Source: an uncultured Actinomycetes bacterium
GTDB taxonomy: Bacteria; Actinomycetota; Thermoleophilia; Solirubrobacterales; 70-9
Length of the DNA stretch: 64,000 bases
Assembly: GCA_963850735.1 (NCBI GenBank)
Contig: CAWKMK010000006.1
Span: 26,800-90,799 of the forward strand
Direction: 5' to 3'
Made by a program: the position numbers and the translations under genes. How positions within the stretch are numbered: position 1 is the first letter of the stretch; each line of letters begins with the position of its first letter. Below, piece after piece: positions 1 through 8,678 of this stretch. The notes beneath the pieces were generated by a model. It worked only from the letters and a program-made list of their open reading frames with translations. It made no database searches and was not told the DNA's origin.

Positions 1-900
1 TTCCTCAACGTCACCTTCGGCAACGCCCCGGAGCTGATCATCGCCCTCTTCGCCCTTAGCCAGGGGCTGCAGGAGGTGGTCAAGGCTTCGATTGTCGGAT
101 CGATCCTCGGCAACATGCTGCTGGTCCTCGGCGCGGCGATGCTCGCCGGCGGCTTCCGCCGCGACAAGCAGACCTTCAACCGGACCAGCGCCAGCGTCCA
201 GATGACGATGCTGATGCTGGCCGCCGGCGCCCTGATCATGCCGGCGATCTTCGAGCTGGTCGAGGGCAAGGGCCTGCCGGCACCCGGCGCCGAGGCGATC
301 GACTACGGCGGCACCGTCGAGCATCTCTCGCTCGCCGTCGCGATCGTCCTCATGGCCACCTACGTGATCGGCCTCTTCTTCTCGATGAAGACCCACCGCT
401 CGCTGTTCAACCCCGAGTACGAGGAGGAGGACACCTGGGGCTGGTCGGTCCGCACCTCGGTGATCGCGCTGGCGATCGCCGGCGTCCTGGTCGGGGTGAT
501 GTCCGAGGTGCTGGTCGGCTCGATCACCGAGGCCTCGGAGTCGATCGGCCTCTCCGAGTTCTTCATCGGCGTGATCGTGGTGGCGATCGTCGGCAACGCC
601 GCCGAGCACTGGGTCGCGGTCCTGGTCGCGACCAAAGACAAGATGGACCTGGCGGTCAACATCGCGGTCGGCTCCAGCGCCCAGGTGGCGCTCTTCGTCG
701 CTCCGGTCCTGGTCCTCGCCTCATTCTTCCTCGGCCCGCACCCGCTGGCCCTGGTCTTCAACGGCTTCGAGCTGGGGGCGATCCTGCTCGCGATCATGGC
801 CGGCATGCACGTCACCGCCGACGGCGAGTCGAACTGGTTCGAGGGCGTCCAGCTCCTCGCCCTCTACTTCGTCTTCGGTCTAGCCTTCTACTTCGCCTGA
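1..900 (+). CDS. Ca2+/H+ antiporter (CaCA/CAX family), 5' end outside window
   Basis: Frame 1 is open from nt 1 (FLNVTFGNAPELIIALFAL...). The listed ORF is 76..900. It is a multi-pass hydrophobic protein with both CaCA alpha-repeat signatures: GNAPE (nt 19-33) and VGNAAEHWVAV. Stop is TGA at 898-900. Confidence 0.85.
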   Translation, partial: FLNVTFGNAPELIIALFALSQGLQEVVKASIVGSILGNMLLVLGAAMLAGGFRRDKQTFNRTSASVQMTMLMLAAGALIMPAIFELVEGKGLPAPGAEAIDYGGTVEHLSLAVAIVLMATYVIGLFFSMKTHRSLFNPEYEEEDTWGWSVRTSVIALAIAGVLVGVMSEVLVGSITEASESIGLSEFFIGVIVVAIVGNAAEHWVAVLVATKDKMDLAVNIAVGSSAQVALFVAPVLVLASFFLGPHPLALVFNGFELGAILLAIMAGMHVTADGESNWFEGVQLLALYFVFGLAFYFA

Positions 901-1901
901 TGGAAGCCCTGCTGCTCCTCTTCAGCTTTGCCGTCGTCCTCGCCGGGGCGCTGCTGTTCACCAACGCGGTCGAGTGGATCGGCCACAAAATGAACGTCGG
1001 CGAGGGCGCGGTCGGCAGCATTCTCGCCGCGGTCGGGACGGCGATGCCGGAGACGCTGATCGCGATCGTCGCCCTGCTGGGGGCGGCGGAGGGCTCCGAA
1101 GACGTCGCGATCGGGGCGATCGTCGGCGCCCCCTTCCTGCTCGGCACCCTGGCGATGGGCCTGGTCGGCCTCTTCGCCTACCTCTACCGCGACAAACGCG
1201 AGCAGGGGGTCGAGCTGCGCGCCCACAAGCCGACGCTGGAGCGCGACCTCGTCTTCTTCCTCGTCCTCTTCGCGATCGGCGGCCTGCTCGCCTGGGGCCC
1301 GCCGGCGCCGCTGCGGATCGCCGTCGGGATCGCCTTCATCCTCGCCTACTTCTTCTACATCGCCCTGACCCTGCGTGGCGGCGGCGAAGTCCAGGAAGAG
1401 GAGAGCCTCAACCCGCTGATCTTCGAGCGCCGCGGCGACCGGCGCGAAAACCCGGCCCTGGCCCTCTGCGTGATCCAGCTCCTGGTCGGGCTGGGGGCGA
1501 TGGTCGGCGGCGCCCACCTCTTCGTCGAGGAGCTGCTCCACATCGCCGAGAGCATCGGCGTCGAGGCGCTGGTGCTGGCGCTGATCCTGGCGCCGCTGGC
1601 GACCGAGCTGCCGGAGAAGGTCAACAGCTTCTTCTGGGTGCGGGAAGGCAAGGACGCGCTGGCGCTCGGCAACATCACCGGGGCGATGGTCTTCCAGTCG
1701 ATGATCCCGGTCGGGATCGGCCTGATCTTCACCGACTGGGACCTGACCTGGACCGCGGTCCTCTCGATCGGCCTCGGCATCGCCGGCGGCCTGCTCGCCT
1801 ACGAGAGCCTGCACCTCTCGGGCCGCTTCAAGCTGCCGGCCGTGGTCGGCTGGTTCGTCCTCTACGCGAGCTTCATCGCTGCGGTAGCGATCAGCGCGTA
1901 G
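900..1901 (+). CDS. Sodium/calcium exchanger family membrane protein (CaCA, YrbG-like)
   Basis: The ATG at 900 overlaps the upstream stop (ATGA). 333 aa, multi-pass, with two Na_Ca_ex-type motifs (GTAMPETLIAIVA and ATELPEKVNS). Confidence 0.8.
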   Translation: MEALLLLFSFAVVLAGALLFTNAVEWIGHKMNVGEGAVGSILAAVGTAMPETLIAIVALLGAAEGSEDVAIGAIVGAPFLLGTLAMGLVGLFAYLYRDKREQGVELRAHKPTLERDLVFFLVLFAIGGLLAWGPPAPLRIAVGIAFILAYFFYIALTLRGGGEVQEEESLNPLIFERRGDRRENPALALCVIQLLVGLGAMVGGAHLFVEELLHIAESIGVEALVLALILAPLATELPEKVNSFFWVREGKDALALGNITGAMVFQSMIPVGIGLIFTDWDLTWTAVLSIGLGIAGGLLAYESLHLSGRFKLPAVVGWFVLYASFIAAVAISA

Positions 1902-1906
1902 AACCG

Positions 1907-3136
1907 ATGAATCCCGCTGACCTGTGGAGACATGGTCGCAGCGGATCCAACGCCGGGAGAGGTTTTCATTTCCAGGATGCGGTGGCTGCCGAACTTTCCG
2001 TTCGTGTTCTTGCAGGGGAAATCGATGCCCAGCGGATCGTGCCAGAGGGTCTTGAGGACTTGTCGCTGGAACTGCAGGATCGCTGGCTGCATCTTCAGGT
2101 CAAGTCTCGCCGAGAGCATCGAGGTGAGTTTGCGATGGGGGAAGTTGATGATGGATGGCGGCATCTTGCCGAACGCCTTGCTCGGGACCCGTCGGCTCAC
2201 GCGGCGCTTGTCCTCGAGCGTCCTCTGATCGATGCGGCGCCCACTGGTCTCGAGGGGACGCTTGCCGACTGCGACGATCTCCAACTGAGGGATTCCGTCG
2301 CTTCGGCGGTGGGGGGACTGATCGACGAGAGGTCCTTCCTGTCTCGTGCCCACCTGCTGGTCTGTGAAGCTCCAGAGGAGGAGGGCATACGGCATCTCGA
2401 ACGGGAGATGGAGGTTCCCCAGGCAAGTTGCGTTGCTCATCTGGCGATCCTGCGAAGCACACTGGCCCGCCTCGCCGACGAAAACGGTGTGCGCAGCTTG
2501 GAGGATCCGGCGGAGCTGACGGTTGGTGGCTTGCGGCGCCTACTGGACGACGTCAACGAGGCAATCGACCCCTCAGCGCTGGAGCGGGCGATAAGGGATG
2601 GCGCTGTCGAGCTAGTCGACTTCTCGGCTCCGATGGTCGACGAGGAGTTCTACCGCGGCGTAGATGTCGTTCCGGGGCACGTCGTGGCGGGTCTGCCGGT
2701 CGAGCGCGAGGAGGTAGGCACCCTTAGGGAGTCGCTGCTGATCAACTCTGTCGCCTTGGTGGTGGGCCCCTCCGGGTGTGGCAAGTCGGCGTTGATATGG
2801 CTTGCGGCGCACGCTGATCGGCATCGGTATTGCTGGTACCGGATCAAGAGGCTGAGCATGGCCGATGCGCCCAACTTGGTGAGGCTCGTCAAGAGCTTCA
2901 AGGCCAGCCAGGTGCCGCTGGCCTTCGTTGTGGACGATCTCGGACGTGCAGATCGAGAGGGGTTCGATTGGCTAGTCGAAGAGCTGAGGGAATATCCAGC
3001 GGTGAAAGTGGTCGGGGCCTGTCGCGAGGAGGATTTGCTTCTGGTGGAGACTGGCTCCACGGCGACGATCGTGCGTCCGGAGTTGACCCCGGCTCTGGCG
3101 GAGACGATCTGGTCCGAGCTTCGCGCTCAGGGGTGA
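1907..3136 (+). CDS. Cap4/DUF4297-like PD-(D/E)xK nuclease domain fused to a P-loop NTPase. Probable N-terminal part of a frameshifted ~1280-aa STAND-like protein.
   Basis: The ATG at 1907 lies inside the listed 974..3136 ORF; the upstream part of that ORF overlaps the exchanger gene and is spurious. The N-terminus has GRGFHFQDAV, then EGLEDLSLE and LHLQVKSR (E-D...Q-V-K nuclease motif). Walker A is GPSGCGKS (nt 2764-2787) and Walker B-like is LAFVVDDLG (nt 2918-2941). A spot count gives 38/60 G+C at 3241-3300, against 46/60 in the flank at 1081-1140. Confidence 0.7.
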   Translation: MNPADLWRHGRSGSNAGRGFHFQDAVAAELSVRVLAGEIDAQRIVPEGLEDLSLELQDRWLHLQVKSRREHRGEFAMGEVDDGWRHLAERLARDPSAHAALVLERPLIDAAPTGLEGTLADCDDLQLRDSVASAVGGLIDERSFLSRAHLLVCEAPEEEGIRHLEREMEVPQASCVAHLAILRSTLARLADENGVRSLEDPAELTVGGLRRLLDDVNEAIDPSALERAIRDGAVELVDFSAPMVDEEFYRGVDVVPGHVVAGLPVEREEVGTLRESLLINSVALVVGPSGCGKSALIWLAAHADRHRYCWYRIKRLSMADAPNLVRLVKSFKASQVPLAFVVDDLGRADREGFDWLVEELREYPAVKVVGACREEDLLLVETGSTATIVRPELTPALAETIWSELRAQG

Positions 3137-3332
3137 GACGAGCCGTCCGGCATGGAAGGAGGACTTCGAACGCAGCTCAGGTCTGCTGCTCGAGTTTGGC
3201 CATCTGCTGACCCAAGGAGAGCGGCTAGGTAAGACCATCAACGCGCAGGTCGATCGGCGGATTCGTGAGAAGCGCGCAACCGAGCTGGAGCTCTTAGCAG
3301 TCGTCGCGACCGCCGATGTCTACGGGGCGGCG

Positions 3333-5747
3333 ATGCGGACCGATCGCCTCTTAGGCGCTGTCGAAGGGGAGCCCGGTGAGATTAAGAAGGCGATGGTCCG
3401 GCTCGTCGACGAGCATTTGATCATCGACCGCGGTGGGGTTTTGGCGGGATTGCATCAGCTGCGTTCACGGGCTCTGATGGAAGCCGTCCACCGCACGCCT
3501 CCTCCGGATTTCAGTGACACCGTGCGTCGCGTGGGCGAGCTCGTCGACCCTCTGGGCCTCCAGTCTCTCCTGACCGGGCTGCTCATGGATGGCGCGCTGG
3601 ACGACGAGGCTGTTGTTGACCTGGCTGTGCGGCGGGTGAGAGGCGCACCAGACCTCGCTTCGCTCGCATCGGCGCTTCACGCCCTTCGCCTCGCTGGTTT
3701 CCAGCGTATGACCGGATGCTGGAAGGAGGCCATCGCCGAGGCAGATGTGGCGCCGGAGCATGTCATCGTCATTTGTCACCTCGTTCTTCACGATGGGGAC
3801 GAGAGCATCTTTCCCGAGCGCATCCAAAAGGTCGTACGCCATTTGCGATCCCTTCCCGTTCCGGATCTGAGGAAAGAGTTCATTACCTATGTAGACATTG
3901 CCTCGGTCCTGGAGACTGCTGCCGATTCTCGCGATCAGTCGGCCGCCTTGGCTGCGCTTGCCGGTATCGAAGGGCCGCCGCTCTCCATCGACCCTCAGGT
4001 CGTCGCGCGAGTCGCGCAAGGTGCCCCGCTGGATGAGCTCCGCCTGCTTTTGGAGAGCGTGTACCTAGCTGACAACGACCTGGCGAGGAACGTCGTCGAA
4101 GCCCTCGGTGGCTCGAATCGCTTGCTGGAGAGACTGGAGCACGAGCAGCCCTGGGTGCGACGCGCGTGTTTGTCGACGCTGGAGGACGGCAGGCTTGCCG
4201 CAAGTGCCGACTATGCCTTTGTCGCCGAAAGGCAGCAGTCTCAACCGCATGACGAAGTCGTCGATCTATGCCGGTTCTTACTCGCGTTGGCCCCAGAGAG
4301 CGAGGTGGCCGTATGTCGAGCGGTCGATGCGACCGGGAATCTCGCGGGCATCGGCGTTCCGATTGCCAACAAGACGATTCCGCGTGAGAATCTTCCAAGC
4401 AAACCGGCAATAGCCTGGAATCGCGCCCGGACGCGCGCTGCGCTGCGCGCGGTGGCCGCGCCCAGCAAAACCGAATACCTGCTCGGGGCCTTAGCGATAG
4501 TTCGCATGGCCGCTGAGGTCAGCAAGCGAGCTGCGAATGTATGGGCTCGCGAAAAGCCACCCTCGGTGGCACTGAGCAATGAACTGGATGCTCTTCAGGA
4601 GGCTGTCCAGAGGCTTCAACCTCCACCAATGGGACGAGAGAGCAGTGGGGCGCTCGACGAAGGACATCTACCGGGCAACGATCCGGCAAGTCAGATGGGG
4701 ACCCTGGGCGTGAGCTTTCTCGTCGAGCTGCTTACCGAGAGTCCACATCCCTCTCGGCTCGAGGCAATCGTTGGCGACATCGACCAGCTTTCGGCCTTGA
4801 ACTGGGCGCTCATCGGCGAGGAGCCCGTCTCGGAGTTGGCGAGCATGCGCCAGACCTTCGGCGATCTATACGCCGTGCTCGTGGAGCTGAGCGAGGCGGA
4901 CCCTCCTGTTCGGGCGGCGCTTCAGGCGGCTAGGCGACGTGGATTCGGAGGCATGGCGCGAGTCGCGCGACAGTCGGCTTCAGAGCGTGCGCAAAAGCAG
5001 AGGGAAGAGATCGCCGGAATAGTCGGCGGACTAGGGCTCGAGGCGCAGGTGGCTTGCCCGGAGCCTGATTTGGGGGCTGCCTGGTCGGGCACGCGCTGGT
5101 TCATAGCGGTCGATGTCGCCGAGTTCTCCGTCTGGTTCCAACAACAGGAAGCTCTTGTCGGGGCACTGCGAAGTGTTCTCGACCAAGTGGGATTTTCAAT
5201 GGCTCCTCGGCGTGGGGGTCTCGTCGTGGGATCCCTTGCGATCCAGGTCTACTCGAACGTGCATCCGGATCCGTCTGCCGAAGGATGGGCCGAAACCGGA
5301 TTTCAACTGCTCAACGAACGGCTGGTGGGGCTGGTTCGGGACGTGCTGGCCAGCCTGTACGAGATGTCCGGGATCGTCGCATCGCTAACCGCCGGAGAAA
5401 TCCACCCCGATGAGAAACAGGCATTCGATGCTGCAAACGAGTCCGTCTTGGAGGGGATCGCAGGGATCGAGGGTTGCGGCGGATCGCCGGGCGACGATCT
5501 GCTGACCGAGATCCGCGGTTCGCTGGATGAACTTCAGGAACAGGTGCGCAATGAGGTGGAGGCGTGGAAGTCCGGAGCGCCCGTCGAGCAGGCCATAGCG
5601 GCTATCGCGATGGAAGGCTTACGAGGGAAGTCAAGTGACCTGAGAGATACAGAAGCCGGTCTTGTCCTCGCGGCAGCCGAGTTCGACATCGATCCTCGAG
5701 ATGCCTGGGATCGCGTCTTCGGAGATGATGCGTCAGGCGGTGGCTAG
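3333..5747 (+). CDS. Large Leu/Ala/Glu-rich (probably helical) protein. Probable C-terminal sensor-like part of the same nuclease-NTPase gene.
   Basis: 804-aa ORF on the same strand, with the same AT-richer composition. Its frame is already open from nt 3087, overlapping the end of the preceding ORF. The segment IKKAMVRLVDEHLIIDRGGVLAGLHQLRSRAL looks like the winged helix that follows STAND NTPase cores. I recognised no other domain. Confidence 0.6.
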   Translation: MRTDRLLGAVEGEPGEIKKAMVRLVDEHLIIDRGGVLAGLHQLRSRALMEAVHRTPPPDFSDTVRRVGELVDPLGLQSLLTGLLMDGALDDEAVVDLAVRRVRGAPDLASLASALHALRLAGFQRMTGCWKEAIAEADVAPEHVIVICHLVLHDGDESIFPERIQKVVRHLRSLPVPDLRKEFITYVDIASVLETAADSRDQSAALAALAGIEGPPLSIDPQVVARVAQGAPLDELRLLLESVYLADNDLARNVVEALGGSNRLLERLEHEQPWVRRACLSTLEDGRLAASADYAFVAERQQSQPHDEVVDLCRFLLALAPESEVAVCRAVDATGNLAGIGVPIANKTIPRENLPSKPAIAWNRARTRAALRAVAAPSKTEYLLGALAIVRMAAEVSKRAANVWAREKPPSVALSNELDALQEAVQRLQPPPMGRESSGALDEGHLPGNDPASQMGTLGVSFLVELLTESPHPSRLEAIVGDIDQLSALNWALIGEEPVSELASMRQTFGDLYAVLVELSEADPPVRAALQAARRRGFGGMARVARQSASERAQKQREEIAGIVGGLGLEAQVACPEPDLGAAWSGTRWFIAVDVAEFSVWFQQQEALVGALRSVLDQVGFSMAPRRGGLVVGSLAIQVYSNVHPDPSAEGWAETGFQLLNERLVGLVRDVLASLYEMSGIVASLTAGEIHPDEKQAFDAANESVLEGIAGIEGCGGSPGDDLLTEIRGSLDELQEQVRNEVEAWKSGAPVEQAIAAIAMEGLRGKSSDLRDTEAGLVLAAAEFDIDPRDAWDRVFGDDASGGG

Positions 5748-6203
5748 TTCTCCCAGCGCCTTCAGCACGAGGTCGTCGTGCTTTTTCGGCTGAACTTTGG
5801 GGAAGACGCGGGCGATCTTGCCCATGGCGTCGATGATGAAGGTCGCCCGCTGCACGCCCATGTACTTGTTGCCGTACATCGACTTCTCGACCCAGGTGCC
5901 GTATTTCTCGGCGACCGCGTGGTCGGCGTCGGCGAGGAGGGTGAAGTCGAGGTCGTATTTGCCGGCGAACTTGTCGACGTCCTTGACCTCGTCCGGCGAG
6001 ATCCCGATCACCCGGGCGCCGGCGGCGGCGTAGTCGGCCCTGTGGTCGCGAACGCCGCAGGCCTGGGTGGTGCATCCGGAGGTGTTCGCCTTCGGGTAGA
6101 AGTAGAGGACCACGGTCTCGCCGCGCAGGTCCTTCAGCTTGACTTTCTCGCCGTTCTGATCGGGCAGCGTGAAGGCGGGCGCCCTATCTCCTGCTTCGAG
6201 CAC
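5733..6203 (-). CDS. bcp: Thioredoxin-dependent thiol peroxidase (peroxiredoxin Bcp)
   Basis: 156 aa with the motif VVLYFYPKANTSGCTTQAC and overall Bcp/AhpC-TSA-like sequence. It converges on the 3333..5747 ORF with a 15-nt overlap. Confidence 0.9.
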   Translation of the reverse strand: MLEAGDRAPAFTLPDQNGEKVKLKDLRGETVVLYFYPKANTSGCTTQACGVRDHRADYAAAGARVIGISPDEVKDVDKFAGKYDLDFTLLADADHAVAEKYGTWVEKSMYGNKYMGVQRATFIIDAMGKIARVFPKVQPKKHDDLVLKALGELATA

Positions 6204-6209
6204 GGGCGG

Positions 6210-6437
6210 CTACTGGCGATGCGCCGGCTCGACTATGCGGAGCCTGTCGGCCGGCACCACGAGAATCCGATCGAGACCGAGGTCGGCGGGCAGGCTCGTG
6301 AACTCGACCATCGCCATGTCGCCCTCGAAGACGTCAAGCACTCCGCCCGTCGCGCCTGCGGGGGCGGTCTCGAAGTCCTCTCGCAGCTCGACCAAGTCGA
6401 ATTCGGCAGCAGGAGCCTTGTCTCCCTCGGCGAGCAC
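6210..6437 (-). CDS. Small hypothetical protein (DUF4926-like pattern)
   Basis: 75-aa ORF with a GTG start 3 nt after the stop of the upstream gene. It follows the pattern DLVELRED...GATGGVLDVFEGDMAMVEF...VPADRL. Confidence 0.5.
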   Translation of the reverse strand: MLAEGDKAPAAEFDLVELREDFETAPAGATGGVLDVFEGDMAMVEFTSLPADLGLDRILVVPADRLRIVEPAHRQ

Positions 6438-6439
6438 GG

Positions 6440-6772
6440 CTACTCCTCCGGCTCGGGATCGGCTTCCGGCCGCTCGTCGTCTTCTTCGAAGTCGTCGTCG
6501 CTCGCTTCCAGCGCGTCGGCGACCAGCGCGTCGCCCTGGTTGGTGGTCTCGAAGGTCTCCAGGGCGCGGTCGCGCCCGTCCTCGTCGACCGGGACGTCGT
6601 CGGAGACCCGGACCCAGTCGGCGCCTTCGATCCCCTCGAGGTTGTTGAAGACCTCCTGGTCGGGCGAGGCGGAGTCGTCGACGATGACGACGACCTCGGT
6701 CTGGGGATTGAAGTAGGTCCCCGGCTGGTTCAGCATCTCCTCTACCTCGTAGAGGTTCTCCTGGGGGGTCAT
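6440..6772 (-). CDS. Acidic hypothetical protein (110 aa)
   Basis: Starts at the internal ATG 6772-6770 of the listed 6440..7258 ORF (MTPQENLYEVEEMLNQPGTYF...). The start overlaps the upstream stop (ATGA). The C-terminus is very acidic. Confidence 0.6.
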   Translation of the reverse strand: MTPQENLYEVEEMLNQPGTYFNPQTEVVVIVDDSASPDQEVFNNLEGIEGADWVRVSDDVPVDEDGRDRALETFETTNQGDALVADALEASDDDFEEDDERPEADPEPEE

Positions 6773-7251
6773 CAGCCCGATCCTACGAAATCGGCGAGCT
6801 GCTTTTCGGTCTCGGCCTCGACGTCGAGCGGCTCTCGCCCTTCGCGCATCCGGCGTTCGTTGCGGGCGACGACCAGCTGGCGCACCTCGGCCCGCAGCTC
6901 GGCGTCGATCGCGTCGGTTCCGCGCGGACGCTCGGCGCTCGCCAGCAGGCGCTCGGCCTCGGCCTCGACGTCCAGCGGCTGCTCGCCGCGCTGTCGCTGC
7001 CGCTCGGCTTTGGCGGCCAGCATCTGCCGCACCTCGGCCGCCTGCATGGCGGGGTCGATCGGGGGCGGAGCGCCCCTCGGGCCTCGGCTTTCGGGGGGTG
7101 CTTCGAGGATCGCGAACGGTCCGCCGCCCATCGTCTCCCAGCCGCCGCCGACGCGCTTCAGCAGCAGGCCGACCAGGGGCGCCGCCACGCCGGTGAAGGC
7201 GAGCACCGCCGCGCCCTTCTGCAGGGCGCTCAGAGCCAGCGGCAAGTCCAT
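6772..7251 (-). CDS. Hypothetical protein with one N-terminal hydrophobic segment and a duplicated charged motif
   Basis: 159-aa ORF. The N-terminal segment is AAVLAFTGVAAPLVGLLL. Two related motifs are present: RQRGEQPLDVEAEAERLLA and RMREGREPLDVEAETEKQLA. Confidence 0.55.
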   Translation of the reverse strand: MDLPLALSALQKGAAVLAFTGVAAPLVGLLLKRVGGGWETMGGGPFAILEAPPESRGPRGAPPPIDPAMQAAEVRQMLAAKAERQRQRGEQPLDVEAEAERLLASAERPRGTDAIDAELRAEVRQLVVARNERRMREGREPLDVEAETEKQLADFVGSG

Positions 7252-7334
7252 GGATCAAGGGTAGAGGGCGTTTCCCGAACCGGCCTGTCGGCGAATTCGG
7301 CGCTCGGACACCGGCTCGTCCGCTAACCTTGTGG

Positions 7335-7360
7335 ACCGATTGACTGATCAGTCAATCGGT
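7335..7360. promoter_or_regulatory. Perfect 26-bp palindrome, candidate repressor operator upstream of the acyl-CoA dehydrogenase gene
   Basis: ACCGATTGACTGATCAGTCAATCGGT is identical to its own reverse complement. It sits about 70 nt upstream of the GTG at 7429. Confidence 0.6.
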
Positions 7361-7428
7361 GGAACGTCAGCCTCCCGGCGGCGCTCCCGCAGACTTCAGA
7401 GAAACGCGAAGAAAAGGAGCACCGACCG

Positions 7429-8655
7429 GTGGTCGACTTCACCCTTACCGATGAGCAGAAGGACCTGCGCGAGCTGGCACACAGCTTCGCCGAGAAAGAC
7501 ATGCGCAACGTCGCATGGGAGTACGACGTTGACGGCACCTGGCCCCAGGACGTGATCGAGAAGGCCTGGGAGGTTGGGTTGATGAACACCCACATCCCCG
7601 AGGCCTACGGCGGTCCCGGCCTCGACTACCTCTCCGGCTGCCTGATCGAGGAGGAGTTTGGCTGGGGCTGTTCCGGCATCGGCACCTCGCTGGCGGCCAA
7701 CGGCCTCGCCTCCGCCCCGATCACCCTCGGCGGCTCCGAGGAGACGAAGAAGAAGTACCTGGGGATGCTGACCGAAGCCCCCAAGCTCTGCTCCTTCGGC
7801 CTGACCGAGCCGGACGCCGGCTCCGACGTCAGCGGGATGAAGACCAAGGCCGTGAAGAAGGGCGACAAGTACGTCATCAGCGGCTCCAAGTGCTTCATCA
7901 CCAACGGCACCTATGCCGACTACTTCACGGTGTTCGCCAAGACCGACCCCGAGGCCGGTCACCGCGGCATCAGCGCCTTCGTCGTCGACGCCGACCTCCC
8001 CGGGGTCTCGGTCGACAAGAAGGAGGACAAGATGGGTCAGCGGGCCTCCAACACCGCGACCATCTCCTTCGACGAAGTCGAGATCCCGGCCGAGAACCTC
8101 CTGGCCGAGGAAAACAAGGGCTTCAAACTGGCGATGATGACCCTCGACCGGACCCGTCCCGGCGTCTCGGCGATGGCCGTCGGCATCGGCCGCGCCGCCC
8201 TCGAATACGCCACGGACTACTCGAAGGAACGGGTCCAGTTCGGCGTCCCGATCGCGATGCACCAGGCGATCCAGTTCATGATCGCCGACATGGCGACCAA
8301 GGTCGAGGCCGCCCGCCTGCTGGTCTGGAACTCCGCGTTCCTGCTCGACCAGGGCGTTCGCAACTCGAAGGTCTCCTCGATGGCCAAGCGCTTCGCCGCC
8401 GACTCGGCGATGGAGATCACCACCGACGCCGTCCAGGTTTACGGCGGCTACGGCTTCATCAAGGAGTACCCGGTCGAGAAACTGATGCGCGACGCGAAGA
8501 TCATGCAGCTGTACGAGGGGACCAGCCAGATCCAGCGCCTGGTCATCGCCAAAGAAGTGCTGCTGCCGCGCCCGGTCGAAGACGTGCCCGCCCCGGACGC
8601 CAAGGCCCAGGCCTCCGAGCAGAGCCAGTCCGACCAGGCAGCCGCCACGGTCTAG
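7429..8655 (+). CDS. Acyl-CoA dehydrogenase
   Basis: 408 aa, intact. Typical ACAD sequence throughout (FGLTEPDAGSDVSGMKT, ISGSKCFITNG, QVYGGYGFIKEYPVEKLMRDAKIMQLYEGTSQIQR). Confidence 0.93.
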   Translation: MVDFTLTDEQKDLRELAHSFAEKDMRNVAWEYDVDGTWPQDVIEKAWEVGLMNTHIPEAYGGPGLDYLSGCLIEEEFGWGCSGIGTSLAANGLASAPITLGGSEETKKKYLGMLTEAPKLCSFGLTEPDAGSDVSGMKTKAVKKGDKYVISGSKCFITNGTYADYFTVFAKTDPEAGHRGISAFVVDADLPGVSVDKKEDKMGQRASNTATISFDEVEIPAENLLAEENKGFKLAMMTLDRTRPGVSAMAVGIGRAALEYATDYSKERVQFGVPIAMHQAIQFMIADMATKVEAARLLVWNSAFLLDQGVRNSKVSSMAKRFAADSAMEITTDAVQVYGGYGFIKEYPVEKLMRDAKIMQLYEGTSQIQRLVIAKEVLLPRPVEDVPAPDAKAQASEQSQSDQAAATV

Positions 8656-8678
8656 CTCGAGCGCAGCGCCGTTTCGCC

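Noticed and set aside
974-1906. 5' extension of the 720-aa ORF (974..3136)
   Set aside because: This part overlaps the Na/Ca exchanger gene in another frame and translates to Arg/Pro/Gly-rich nonsense. The real gene starts at ATG 1907, where composition and sequence quality change.
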